A stretch of DNA of 29,339 bases. Source: a virus. The stretch lies in the IMG/VR virus record IMGVR_UViG_3300001305_000002, positions 1 through 29,339 of that record; one strand, written 5' to 3'. The first letter of the stretch is position 1. Every line of letters starts with the position of its first letter. A model generated the notes under the pieces. It ran no database searches and was not told the origin of the DNA. It saw nothing but the letters and a program-made list of their open reading frames with translations. This document shows, one piece after another, positions 1 to 8,911 of this stretch. Both the position numbers and the translations under genes were made by a program.

Positions 1-1074
1 AGGCATACGATACAGTTCACCAGATACTCGACCTAGCTTCTGTAGAAGATTAGAGCTTGACTCAGAGAAATCATCGAATCCTGAAATGAAGGAATTAAGG
101 AAGTTTCCTCCACCGCCAGCACCAGCAGCTCTACGAAGTTTTTCAAAGGTTGATGCGCCCTCTTCGGCTTCTTTGAACACGCGAGACATATCTGATAGTG
201 CAGTAAGAGCCCAGAATTTGAATGCTTTACCTGAAGGTAGGCTATCTATTCTTTCAAGTTCTTGCTTAAGGCGTTGGGCATCCTTGACAACTTCTTGACC
301 TAGCTCATCTTTTAGAGAATTCTTCAGAGACCTGATATCAGATAATGCTTTGTTAGTAATTACTCTAACTTCAATATCATTATCTTCATGAGCAAGTCTC
401 TTTAATTGAATTTCAAGAGAGCTGATTTCTTGTAGTGCATCATCTACGTCTACATCAACATTTAATTCATCAAGTTTAAGTGTACGTAGTTTACTGTTAA
501 GGCTACTTACACGAGAATCCAGAGCTGAAACAAAGTTATTTCCTGAAGTGTTTCCAGCCTTAGTAAAAGCTTGCTGAATATTGTTGATAAGCTTGTTAAA
601 TGAACTACTGTTGTTACTAGTACTTAAACTAGAAGATGCTGACCCAGTAAAATTCTTACCAAAATAGGTACCTGACTGAGTACCAGCATTACCGAACCTT
701 TGGTGTAATGCTTGAGCTAATGCATCAACAGCACTCTGATTCTGACTTGACTTAGTACTATTCTTAATACCTTGAGTCAGTCCAGTACCGTATGATTGGC
801 CTGTAGTCTGTCCTGCCTTATTAGCAGAATTAGCTTTGTTAAGATCGTTAATAGCTTTCTGAGCAGCATTTGAACTGTCAGTCTCAGCTTTTGTACGTGC
901 CTGCTTTGATGCAATTACTTTTTTGTCATCAGCAATAGAGGCAGCATTAAGCTTTGCCTCTTCATCACGTAGATCTTTTAATGCACGGCGAGCGTCACGT
1001 GCTGCACGAACTAAATTATCAAATTCGCCGATAGCACGGTATTTACTAATATGCTCTGATCCAGGGCTTGTCAT
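1..1074 (-). CDS. Tape measure protein, N-terminal 358 aa (runs off the left edge; missing from the ORF track)
   Basis: ATG at 1074 with SD GGAGG (1084-1088). Reads MTSPGSEHISKYRAIGEFDNLVRAARDARRALKDL... and the same frame gives ...KLGRVSGELYRMP at base 1. Ala/Ser/Lys-rich helical sequence directly after the tail chaperones. Confidence 0.88.
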   Translation of the reverse strand, partial: MTSPGSEHISKYRAIGEFDNLVRAARDARRALKDLRDEEAKLNAASIADDKKVIASKQARTKAETDSSNAAQKAINDLNKANSANKAGQTTGQSYGTGLTQGIKNSTKSSQNQSAVDALAQALHQRFGNAGTQSGTYFGKNFTGSASSSLSTSNNSSSFNKLINNIQQAFTKAGNTSGNNFVSALDSRVSSLNSKLRTLKLDELNVDVDVDDALQEISSLEIQLKRLAHEDNDIEVRVITNKALSDIRSLKNSLKDELGQEVVKDAQRLKQELERIDSLPSGKAFKFWALTALSDMSRVFKEAEEGASTFEKLRRAAGAGGGGNFLNSFISGFDDFSESSSNLLQKLGRVSGELYRMP

Positions 1075-1099
1075 ACCGTGCTACCTCCAAGGCTTCTTT

Positions 1100-1642
1100 T
1101 TACTGTCCAGGTTTGGCTGTTTGTATCCCTTGACCGAACAGTCCTAACATATCAAAATTATTCCTGTCTGCTGCTTTTTCAAAATTAGATTTAACAGCTT
1201 GATCCTGCGTAGTTGCATGAATAGGAATCTTTTTAGCTTCAGCGACTTTAGGCTTTTCATTACCGAATTCCTGAAACTCTTCTGTATCTATCGTCAGGTT
1301 AGATGCAAATTTCATTAAGTCTTCACTTGCATTACTGCCTGCCGCAGCAGCTACCATTGCTAATGATCTAGTCTGCCAAGATATTATCAGTCTTTCATTC
1401 TTAGTCTGCTCAGCTTTTCGTAAGCCTATTGCTGCTAAGATTTGACGAATGCGCCTTAGTGGCTTATCGAGTATTTGATCATCATCCCAAGAATACTCAG
1501 AACTAATTAAATCAAATGCTCTAGCAATAGGACCGACTAAGTCCATTCCAGGAATTTGAGGAATCCAAGGTCTGCTTATTCTGTCATCTGAGCTGGAATC
1601 TGACCTGTCTTCTTCGCTAGATCGAACATCTGCATGAGACGT
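1100..1642 (-). CDS. Tail assembly chaperone, -1 frameshift extension (gpT part of a gpGT fusion, about 329 aa in total)
   Basis: The -1 frame is open from the slippery site at 1642-1648 through ORF 1100..1546. The ATG at 1546 has no convincing SD. Confidence 0.85.
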   Translation of the reverse strand, partial: TSHADVRSSEEDRSDSSSDDRISRPWIPQIPGMDLVGPIARAFDLISSEYSWDDDQILDKPLRRIRQILAAIGLRKAEQTKNERLIISWQTRSLAMVAAAAGSNASEDLMKFASNLTIDTEEFQEFGNEKPKVAEAKKIPIHATTQDQAVKSNFEKAADRNNFDMLGLFGQGIQTAKPGQ

Positions 1643-2088
1643 TTTCCCAAGGCTTGTAAATCTTCTGCTTCTCGCTTAATGATTCCCTCAAGAAGGGTTA
1701 GTGTGTCGCCTAGTTCAGGGTTATACAATTCAACTTGTAATTCATCCTGTAGACGCCTATTTTCTGCTTGCTGACTCTTAGTCAAGCTCAACCCTGATTT
1801 CTCTCCTGCTGGCTTAACCATAGAGCGAAGGAAATCAAATACTTCATCTTCAGCATCAGGAATAGCAAAACCAAGTAGCGCAACTAGTTTTGCACCAAAC
1901 TCTTCTGGGCTATCGTCTGAAGAGAATTTAAAGTTAAGAAGCATACCACCAGCACCGTGAGTAATGATTCTTAACATCTTAAAGAACTGGCGAGACTTGA
2001 GAGGCACTAATACAACCTTAGTGCCTGACTCAAGTGTCAAAACATCGCCTTCATCAACAATTACTTCAACATCAGTTGTTTTTGCCAT
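1576..2088 (-). CDS. Tail assembly chaperone (gpG-like)
   Basis: Lies between the tail tube and tape measure genes, has SD AGGAGG and contains the slippery heptamer. Confidence 0.88.
   Translation of the reverse strand: MAKTTDVEVIVDEGDVLTLESGTKVVLVPLKSRQFFKMLRIITHGAGGMLLNFKFSSDDSPEEFGAKLVALLGFAIPDAEDEVFDFLRSMVKPAGEKSGLSLTKSQQAENRRLQDELQVELYNPELGDTLTLLEGIIKREAEDLQALGKRLMQMFDLAKKTGQIPAQMTE
1642..1648 (-). other. Programmed -1 ribosomal frameshift site GGGAAAA
   Basis: Minus strand reads TTG GGA AAA CGT (L-G-K-R), i.e. G GGA AAA in X XXY YYZ register. The -1 frame ACG TCT CAT GCA... joins the downstream ORF with no stop. Confidence 0.88.
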
Positions 2089-2131
2089 AATAGCCTCCTG
2101 GGCTTCTAAGACTTACTAAGTTAATTTAAAA

Positions 2132-2689
2132 TCAAGCTGCTCTGTTTACGATACGACCAATAGCACGCTTAGCTAGGGTTGCACCCTTTTCATCCTTGTC
2201 TGAAATAACTGCTCGACCTGTGTAGTTAAGCAATAGGCCAGACTTATAAGAAGGTCCAGTGAAATTAATAGGACCGAAGATAACCTTGTAAAGAATGAAG
2301 TCCATTACTCGAACAGCACCATCACTGTCTCGTGAAGGAACACGAATAAGCATAGGACGTGATGGCTGGTTTACAGAATCTTCGTCATAGAGTGGAAGAC
2401 TATAAGTAGTTCCTGCTCCTGAGCCAGATGATGTAATTGTTGCACCAGAAAGTAATGCAATAGTCTTGAACGGTAAGTAACCGGCTTCAACGGTTACTGT
2501 AGCGAAGTTCAACCAGAACCATGATGACAATACGTAGTCATCACCGGTATTATCGTAGTTACCTGTATCAGCAGCAATAGTTCCAGAACGAATACCGTAG
2601 ATATCACCGAATTCTTCTTCAATACCAGTGCTACCGTTCAGGATTGCTGCGTGGCTTACTGAGAAGCCTTCAAAATTAGTTCCTGCCAT
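2132..2689 (-). CDS. Major tail (tube) protein
   Basis: 185 aa, beta-rich, upstream of the chaperones, with SD AAGGAG and its own upstream motif and hairpin. Confidence 0.8.
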   Translation of the reverse strand: MAGTNFEGFSVSHAAILNGSTGIEEEFGDIYGIRSGTIAADTGNYDNTGDDYVLSSWFWLNFATVTVEAGYLPFKTIALLSGATITSSGSGAGTTYSLPLYDEDSVNQPSRPMLIRVPSRDSDGAVRVMDFILYKVIFGPINFTGPSYKSGLLLNYTGRAVISDKDEKGATLAKRAIGRIVNRAA

Positions 2690-2708
2690 TAATATCTCCT
2701 TGGAGGCG

Positions 2709-2729
2709 AATAGGCAGAAACTGCCTATT
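2709..2729 (-). promoter_or_regulatory. 5' leader hairpin of the tail tube gene
   Basis: AATAGGCAG-TTT-CTGCCTATT is a perfect 9-bp stem without a U-tract. Confidence 0.5.
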
Positions 2730-2749
2730 ATTACTTGTTTCTCTTTAGG

Positions 2750-2762
2750 TAATCGGTCATAA
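2750..2762 (-). promoter_or_regulatory. Putative late promoter motif TTATGACCGATTA
   Basis: The identical 13-mer occurs at 7569-7581; member of the recurrent CCGAT family. Confidence 0.65.
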
Positions 2763-2766
2763 TTAA

Positions 2767-3006
2767 TTAGGTAGTCACTTTAGTTGTTACACATCTTCCT
2801 GTACTGTCATAATAGTGTAATGCTCTTTTAAAATTGATACCTTGAGCTTCTCTCAGCATCTTGGCACAATCAGAACAAGCTATTTCCATATACATTCCTG
2901 AAGATGGAAGGTGTTCCTGAAGAAGAACTAAAAATAACTTCTTGAACTTACCAGGGCAACGAATTTCTATTGCATTATCTGGTATATTGAATTCTTCAGT
3001 TTCCAT
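2767..3006 (-). CDS. Small Zn-finger-like protein with partial resemblance to Mu Com
   Basis: IRCP..KKLF...EIACSDC...LHY; Cys/His residues could ligate a metal. Confidence 0.55.
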   Translation of the reverse strand: METEEFNIPDNAIEIRCPGKFKKLFLVLLQEHLPSSGMYMEIACSDCAKMLREAQGINFKRALHYYDSTGRCVTTKVTT

Positions 3007-4117
3007 TATTTACTCCTGACATAAGTGATTTCTGATAGATCTCTTTACCTTTGCCAGGAACTAATTGACCTACTTTTTCATACAAGCGAGATACTATGTT
3101 GTCCCAGCTCATAAGTTGAGGAATTATCTCTGAAGCTAAATCTGCTTTCTGCTTAACTTCAGCACGATTTCTAAAGGTATGAAGCATGAGTGCTTTCATA
3201 TGATCTTTATCGGCCCTAGCGTTATAAACTGTAGGACAACCATCAAGAGGCATAAGTTTGTAATCTAAAGGATAAGAGTATTCAGGAGATAGCCATCCTG
3301 TGTGGCCTCCCCAATTAGTAGCAATAACTGCTCCACCCATTGATTGAAATTCTAGGGCAGGCATGTTCTTTCCTTCCCCGCGAGAAGGAGCACACAATAC
3401 GTGCTGTACAGAATAGAACTGCTTGAGCACATCTTCAGGCCAAGATGCGTAATGAACCTTTAATTTAGGAACCCATTGTTCCATAGCAGAATGAAGACCT
3501 AATGTCATAGTCTTAAGATGCAATTCTGCTGGCTCAAACTCTTCAGGGTATTCTTCTTTTAATTCTTTAAATGCCATGATAGTAACGAAAGGATCTTTCC
3601 TTTCATTCAGCATTCCAGTCATGCAGAAACCAAAGCGTTTACTGAACCAATCCTTTTCAACTTTAGGCCAATTCTCAGGTAGGAAGCCACCTTGTAATAC
3701 GCCTGTAGAGACCTTTGATTTATTTATGTACTCGTCAAAACAGTTCTTGGTTACTTCGTCATACCCGAGTAATAAATCATAAGTTTTTAATGCTTTACGT
3801 AATTTAGAACGACCAGTCATGTTGTCAAAATTAGTGAACTCCCACATACTCCACCCGACAGTAACTGTTGATGAAGATCGTTCTTGAGAGAGTAATCCTA
3901 GTTGCATAGGATCAACATGATGAATCATTAAATCGAATGGAGCTTCTAGACGTTTACCCAGCAGAGCTAATACATCTGGTGGTAACGGAGCATCCACATG
4001 AGTAGGGTGTAAATAAACATCTGCACCACTACGAATTAAGGCACGAGCTAGACCTATGCCATCATTACCATATCCTGTATAAACTGATACAGGAGTCTTC
4101 AATAATACTCTTAACAA
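2996..4117 (-). CDS. Glycosyltransferase, GT-B fold (GT4-like)
   Basis: N-terminal TGYG, then ERK and PSRGEGKNMPALE (E-x7-E motif) followed by VIATNWGG. Confidence 0.9.
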   Translation of the reverse strand: MLRVLLKTPVSVYTGYGNDGIGLARALIRSGADVYLHPTHVDAPLPPDVLALLGKRLEAPFDLMIHHVDPMQLGLLSQERSSSTVTVGWSMWEFTNFDNMTGRSKLRKALKTYDLLLGYDEVTKNCFDEYINKSKVSTGVLQGGFLPENWPKVEKDWFSKRFGFCMTGMLNERKDPFVTIMAFKELKEEYPEEFEPAELHLKTMTLGLHSAMEQWVPKLKVHYASWPEDVLKQFYSVQHVLCAPSRGEGKNMPALEFQSMGGAVIATNWGGHTGWLSPEYSYPLDYKLMPLDGCPTVYNARADKDHMKALMLHTFRNRAEVKQKADLASEIIPQLMSWDNIVSRLYEKVGQLVPGKGKEIYQKSLMSGVNNGN

Positions 4118-4164
4118 AATATCCTCCTGGGATTCTTATTTGTGTTGTTAAGAGTATTATCGGT
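4102..4164 (-). promoter_or_regulatory. ACCGATAA motif plus a 16-bp hairpin masking the start codon
   Basis: 4102-4117 ataatactcttaacaa and 4145-4160 ttgttaagagtattat form a perfect inverted repeat. The motif core is at 4159-4163. Confidence 0.7.
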
Positions 4165-4171
4165 CTAGCTG

Positions 4172-4651
4172 TCAGAAAAATACCGCATAGTATGCTGAAG
4201 CGATCATAATTCCGTCGCCATCAGTAATAGCTACTGGCTCACTTATGTCTACTAATCTATCACAAGCGACAGTAGCAATATCAGCCCAATATACTGTTGC
4301 AGGATCTGTTCTGTTTAAATACTTATCTATTACTTTAAAAGTATCGTTTATCTTCCATCTAACAGTCCTAGGATTTGCTAGATTACCATTACCATCTCTT
4401 GTACCGTTAGCCCAGATAGTAACTCGTAACCTTCTCCCTCTAAAACGAGAAGTAGGTAATGATGCTAGAGGACCAGCATCTTCTACGACAACAGCACTAA
4501 CAGCCTGATATTCATCGTATTCTAAGTTAACGAGAATTTCATCTCTAAAAATGAAAGGTTTCAATGTTAAATTAAATTTACCTACTGCATCAACTACTTC
4601 AGGAATGTTAAGAAGATAAAGTACCGCAGCTCCTTGCAGATCCTCTGCCAT
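4172..4651 (-). CDS. Tail terminator / tail completion protein
   Basis: Last gene of the connector cluster; size and the RLRVTIWA strand pattern are typical. Confidence 0.65.
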   Translation of the reverse strand: MAEDLQGAAVLYLLNIPEVVDAVGKFNLTLKPFIFRDEILVNLEYDEYQAVSAVVVEDAGPLASLPTSRFRGRRLRVTIWANGTRDGNGNLANPRTVRWKINDTFKVIDKYLNRTDPATVYWADIATVACDRLVDISEPVAITDGDGIMIASAYYAVFF

Positions 4652-4653
4652 AA

Positions 4654-5016
4654 TTACCTCCTAAAGAAATTATTGATTGCAGTAATGTATTGATGCTCCA
4701 TAGCAATAGCTGGAGTCAGGAAGTCATGTCGTCCTTCACGCTCACGTTCATATTCAGCATAATCAACAGGATTATGAACTCCAGATGACTTACCACCGTA
4801 AGAGATAGTTCCTTCCCAATCATTTTCAGTAGTAGAGCTATCTACATTACCACTTGACTTAAGTGATCCTGTAATAACGTGAACAGCAGACTGTGTTGCC
4901 TGAAATTGATTGGCTAAGATAGTTTCAAAATTAATTAAATCTGTCAAAGTAGGTCCATCAGCTAGACGATTGATTTCATCGTCTATGCCGTCTGTTAATC
5001 TTTCTATTCTTATCAT
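4654..5016 (-). CDS. HK97 gp10-like neck/tail completion protein
   Basis: VHVITGSLKSSG, YAEYE and FLTPA motifs, plus synteny. Confidence 0.7.
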   Translation of the reverse strand: MIRIERLTDGIDDEINRLADGPTLTDLINFETILANQFQATQSAVHVITGSLKSSGNVDSSTTENDWEGTISYGGKSSGVHNPVDYAEYEREREGRHDFLTPAIAMEHQYITAINNFFRR

Positions 5017-5429
5017 ACTGGCGCTCCTGACGGATAATTAAATCCTGCTTGAGCAACTTCAAATACCTGAACCTCAATGTGATGAGAGCCTTGGAAATCT
5101 TGAGCTTCGTCGGGGCGCATCTTGAGTAAAAATGAAGATCCTAGATAAGGGCCTTTGATCACTTTAATAATCTGCCCACCTTTTAACTCAGGAGTATTAC
5201 TACAGTACATGATTCCAGTACGATCAGGTGTTCGTCCAGCAACAATAGGAGCAGGTTGGTCTTTTCCTGGTCTTAAGAATGTCAGATCTAGTCTGCACTT
5301 CATTTCACCGGGTGCGCAGGTAGGATCAAAACTTGCGCTTGACTTGCTCCAGGACTGCACTCTAGCACCGTCTATAACGTCTGTAATGGATTGTAAAATT
5401 TCAACGGTACAACTGAATAAGTGTCTCAT
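5013..5429 (-). CDS. Head-to-tail stopper (head closure protein)
   Basis: 138 aa, beta-rich, C-terminal HHIEVQV, plus synteny. Confidence 0.65.
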   Translation of the reverse strand: MRHLFSCTVEILQSITDVIDGARVQSWSKSSASFDPTCAPGEMKCRLDLTFLRPGKDQPAPIVAGRTPDRTGIMYCSNTPELKGGQIIKVIKGPYLGSSFLLKMRPDEAQDFQGSHHIEVQVFEVAQAGFNYPSGAPV

Positions 5430-5440
5430 TATTCAGCTCC

Positions 5441-5977
5441 TTAAAGTAATTCATTCATTGATACTTCTGGACCTCTAAGAGTATCGATAGACCAAGCATT
5501 TTCTGCATCGCCTTGATAAGTTCCTGAAGATGCTCCAGCAATTCTAACTTTGCCAGCAGCAGTAGCTTCTAGGCCATCCCACTCCATGCCCTGAATAGAT
5601 CCTGTAGCTCCGACTGAAGATGCTCCTGATCTTAATTTACTTACTGCTAAATCAAACCAAGCAATGCCTGTAGCATCGCCTTTTTTAACTGCTGAAGTTG
5701 TCTTGCTGTAAGAATACGATCCAATAGTTTCAGACTGGTAAGGTGATGCAGAAGCTTCTTGATATGGCTGACTTAAGTAAATATTGTCAGCCATATCAAG
5801 AATACCATTTTTAGCTAGTTTATTTAACTGCTCATTCAATGGATAAGCTTCTAAATCAGTTGCTAAATAGAAAAGTAAAGTAGCTTGAGATAGTGCCTCC
5901 ACCGCAAAACTACTAAACGTATTACTTGCACGACCAGTGAAACTGGCTAATTCTGCTACAGTAGGTGGCACTAACAT
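5441..5977 (-). CDS. Head-to-tail adaptor
   Basis: PTVAELA N-terminus and the SETIGSYSYS motif typical of adaptors. Confidence 0.75.
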   Translation of the reverse strand: MLVPPTVAELASFTGRASNTFSSFAVEALSQATLLFYLATDLEAYPLNEQLNKLAKNGILDMADNIYLSQPYQEASASPYQSETIGSYSYSKTTSAVKKGDATGIAWFDLAVSKLRSGASSVGATGSIQGMEWDGLEATAAGKVRIAGASSGTYQGDAENAWSIDTLRGPEVSMNELL

Positions 5978-5983
5978 GCTATC

Positions 5984-6562
5984 TCATTTCTTTTCGAAGA
6001 AAACTTTTCCGTAACGCTTTACTTGATCGTCAGAAGATTGCTCATACCAAACGTTATCTTCAGTATCAGCATTACCTCTGCGGTTCTCATCTGAATCTTC
6101 CATAGTCAAAGACTCGCCTGCTTTCCAGACACGACCCTGTACAGTTAATCCGCTGTCAACGAATTCAATAACAATATGCTTATGGTCTTCGTCTAACTCG
6201 ACTAGTTCTTTAGCATTCATTGCAGCAGATTCCTGACGAACCTTAGCCTTGCGAGCCTTTTCTTCAAGACTGTTATCTGCTACCTGCAATTCAGGGTATG
6301 ACTTACTTACGTCATACTTGTTAACACCATCATCAACGATGACAGGCTCAGGATTGCGATCTACGAAAGTACCAGTTCCAGGGCTTTCCTGGTTCTTAAC
6401 AGTTTCGTCTACTTCATTAGCAGGGTAATTCTTTACAAACTCATCTGATGCTAGTGGTGTTTCAGTAGACTCACGAGATACTTCAGAAGTAACAGGGTTC
6501 TCCTGATTAACGACTGTCTCATCTACTTTAGGAGTTGTTGATTTTCTTGCTTTTGCTGTCAT
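5984..6562 (-). CDS. Acidic hypothetical protein with an internal duplication
   Basis: VDETVVNQENP and VDETVKNQESP repeat; N-terminal half looks disordered. Confidence 0.7.
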   Translation of the reverse strand: MTAKARKSTTPKVDETVVNQENPVTSEVSRESTETPLASDEFVKNYPANEVDETVKNQESPGTGTFVDRNPEPVIVDDGVNKYDVSKSYPELQVADNSLEEKARKAKVRQESAAMNAKELVELDEDHKHIVIEFVDSGLTVQGRVWKAGESLTMEDSDENRRGNADTEDNVWYEQSSDDQVKRYGKVFFEKK

Positions 6563-6573
6563 AATTATCCACC

Positions 6574-6912
6574 TTAGTCTTTTACATCGCTGTAGCGTTT
6601 AGCTAAGCGTCCTCGTAGTGCTTTTCCTCTTCTACCAAATTGTACTTCTAAAAAGCCTACAACTGAAGTAAGCATGACAATACCTAATACCCAGAACATA
6701 ATTAGTCGAACCCACTCGACCCCCGGAACATATACGCCCCAAATTCTTAAGCTTAAGTAGCCACACAAAAATACTACGCCAATTGCGAATATAGCTACGA
6801 CAGTTCCTACAAAACTCTTATACCACCTAGACAGGGTAAGATATAGGAATGTAAACATAGTAGAACTAACAGTAAATACAAGGAAGCCAATATCGCCCCA
6901 TAATTCTATCAT
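6574..6912 (-). CDS. Holin-like membrane protein (3 TM segments)
   Basis: Three hydrophobic segments and a basic C-terminal tail (GRRGKALRGRLAKR). Confidence 0.65.
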   Translation of the reverse strand: MIELWGDIGFLVFTVSSTMFTFLYLTLSRWYKSFVGTVVAIFAIGVVFLCGYLSLRIWGVYVPGVEWVRLIMFWVLGIVMLTSVVGFLEVQFGRRGKALRGRLAKRYSDVKD

Positions 6913-6924
6913 TAGCGCCTCCCC

Positions 6925-7107
6925 TTACTCATTAAATAATTCCTCTAGCATAAGGCGAAAATGATTTCTTCTCTTAAGCTCACGGAACCTACTAGTTAAA
7001 TCGTCAACCTTTTCGCGGCGTTCTTCAATAGACTTCTGTGCTTTATCTAATTGTTGCTGAGATTCATCTAATTCTCTCTGTTCATCCTGATCTCGGTCGG
7101 TAGACAT
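6925..7107 (-). CDS. Small coiled-coil protein of the holin-like cluster
   Basis: 60 aa, charged heptads ending RRNHF; SD GGGAG. Confidence 0.65.
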   Translation of the reverse strand: MSTDRDQDEQRELDESQQQLDKAQKSIEERREKVDDLTSRFRELKRRNHFRLMLEELFNE

Positions 7108-7109
7108 TT

Positions 7110-7487
7110 TCAGTTCTCCCTTCCTGGACGGATTACATGAGTTGTCTTATTGCGCGCTGCTTCAGCATTACCGAATCTAGCACTGTGTACAGCCTCAAGC
7201 AGCTTCAAAGAAGTCTCACTTAATTCAGTAATAAGCTCAAACTGCTCTCCTTGCTTATCTATTGCTTGAATAGCTTCGGTGGCTTGATGTTTCCAGTCCT
7301 GAGTCTGCTGATCCTTATCAGCAATTCTAGCCTCATAACTGTTTCTCATTTCAGCAATTCTAGCCTCTTGCGATTCGTGAACTTTTTGAACTGCTGCTGG
7401 AGTAAGTAACCATCCTCGTACTAATGCAATAAATAGCAAAGGCAAAGGACCAATACTGGCAATCCACGGTCCGATAGCATCTAACAT
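7110..7487 (-). CDS. Membrane-anchored coiled-coil protein (holin-cluster / lysis accessory)
   Basis: N-terminal hydrophobic helix ending RGWL, followed by a coiled coil; SD GGAGG. Confidence 0.6.
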   Translation of the reverse strand: MLDAIGPWIASIGPLPLLFIALVRGWLLTPAAVQKVHESQEARIAEMRNSYEARIADKDQQTQDWKHQATEAIQAIDKQGEQFELITELSETSLKLLEAVHSARFGNAEAARNKTTHVIRPGREN

Positions 7488-7509
7488 GCTGCCTCCACTA
7501 TACCTACCT

Positions 7510-7546
7510 AAAAAGAAAAGCCAGGTAGCTCGTAAGCTACCTGGCT
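7510..7546 (-). terminator. Intrinsic terminator
   Basis: AGCCAGGTAGCT-TACG-AGCTACCTGGCT followed by TTTCTTTTT: 12-bp stem with a UNCG loop. Confidence 0.85.
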
Positions 7547-7554
7547 AAATTACT

Positions 7555-7589
7555 GCTTACATTTACAATAATCGGTCATAAATGTAAGC
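7555..7589 (-). promoter_or_regulatory. CCGAT motif centred in an 11-bp inverted repeat
   Basis: GCTTACATTTA-TGACCGATTATTG-TAAATGTAAGC. Confidence 0.6.
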
Positions 7590-7594
7590 TGATA

Positions 7595-8911
7595 TTAAAT
7601 TACGGACAACTCATCCCAGCCACGTTCTCCGGCTGATTTACCTACTACCATTCCTAGCATTCCTGGCTTTGACCATACACCAGCAGAATCATAGAACCAC
7701 TGAGAAGACTTTTCAGCTTCAAGTGCAGGACAACCAAAGAAGGTACGTCCTCGATCCTCAATAACATTGAAGTGATGGTAGTGAGCTGAAAAGTATAGAG
7801 AAGTGTCTACTAGTTCAGCGGTACGTCCAAGAATCTGCTTTTCAATAGCACTCTTAGAACTTACGCCGCCTGTCTTAGATCCTGATCCATTAGAGATGTG
7901 ACCATGAGTGAAATTAGCTTTGATGCCAGAAAGCTCTAGATTAACATCTTGACGTTCCTTAGCGATCTGCCAAGTCAGCAGTTCACCAATATTAGTTTCA
8001 TTGAAAGTCTTTTGAACTAGAGCAGCAATCATAGTAGATGAGTTATCATAAATACTAGTCAGTGCCTTATTACCGCCGAAACGGGTATGCTCACCATGAT
8101 TAGAAGGAACAGATCCAATAAGCATAGGCAGACGCATTGATTGAGCTAGAGTTTTAATACTCCATACTCTCATATCAAAATCTAGTTCAAGCTGATCTGA
8201 GTAACTAAGTTCTACTTCATAAGGCTGAGAAGCATAATTACCTACAGCACCTTCATGCTCGTCACCCATGAATACTAGAGCAATATTTCCAATAGGCAGT
8301 CCTGCATCTGTAAGATTCCTGATTCGAGTCAAGTGACCTTCAATGCCGTTATTCCAGTTAGCAACAGCTTCCTTAGTTCCAGGCTTACCTAGCTGAGGAT
8401 CAGCAACAAGTATAGTATATGTAAGATCGCTACCATATACAGTTTTACGAGAATAATCACCTATTGCTTTTAGGTGCTCTCGCCATCCTTCAATATCAAA
8501 CTTCTCTTCTAGATCAGGCTCAACTTCTGCTTTCTTTTGAATTCTAGCAGCATAGCTGTACCTGAAATCATTTGGCTTTCCCCAAGCCTTCATAGTTACA
8601 GGCTGAATGACTTCGAATACTTCAGGATCAAGACCCCAAAGCTTAATAGTATCTGTCCAGTCTGTAATAGGCTCAGCAACCATGCCTGTCTTAATTACAC
8701 CAGAATCCCCAGTTAGGGAAATACTTCCACCTTCACCACTAGAATCATCAGGAATGTCTTCTGAACCAGCATAAAGGTTTCCATTACGAAATTCTCTCTG
8801 GCGGCGCTTAAGCGTTTCAATGTTTTTTCCAGGAAAATTAAGTTGAAAATCTTCAAGTGTACTACAAGCAAGAAGCTTGTCAGTGTTTTCTTGAGTCCAT
8901 TCAATATTCAA
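7595..8911 (-). CDS. Calcineurin-like metallophosphoesterase (Mre11/SbcD-like)
   Basis: Motifs ADPQLG, MGDEHEG, SNHGE, THGH and AHYHH in the canonical order. Confidence 0.85.
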   Translation of the reverse strand: MNIEWTQENTDKLLACSTLEDFQLNFPGKNIETLKRRQREFRNGNLYAGSEDIPDDSSGEGGSISLTGDSGVIKTGMVAEPITDWTDTIKLWGLDPEVFEVIQPVTMKAWGKPNDFRYSYAARIQKKAEVEPDLEEKFDIEGWREHLKAIGDYSRKTVYGSDLTYTILVADPQLGKPGTKEAVANWNNGIEGHLTRIRNLTDAGLPIGNIALVFMGDEHEGAVGNYASQPYEVELSYSDQLELDFDMRVWSIKTLAQSMRLPMLIGSVPSNHGEHTRFGGNKALTSIYDNSSTMIAALVQKTFNETNIGELLTWQIAKERQDVNLELSGIKANFTHGHISNGSGSKTGGVSSKSAIEKQILGRTAELVDTSLYFSAHYHHFNVIEDRGRTFFGCPALEAEKSSQWFYDSAGVWSKPGMLGMVVGKSAGERGWDELSVI

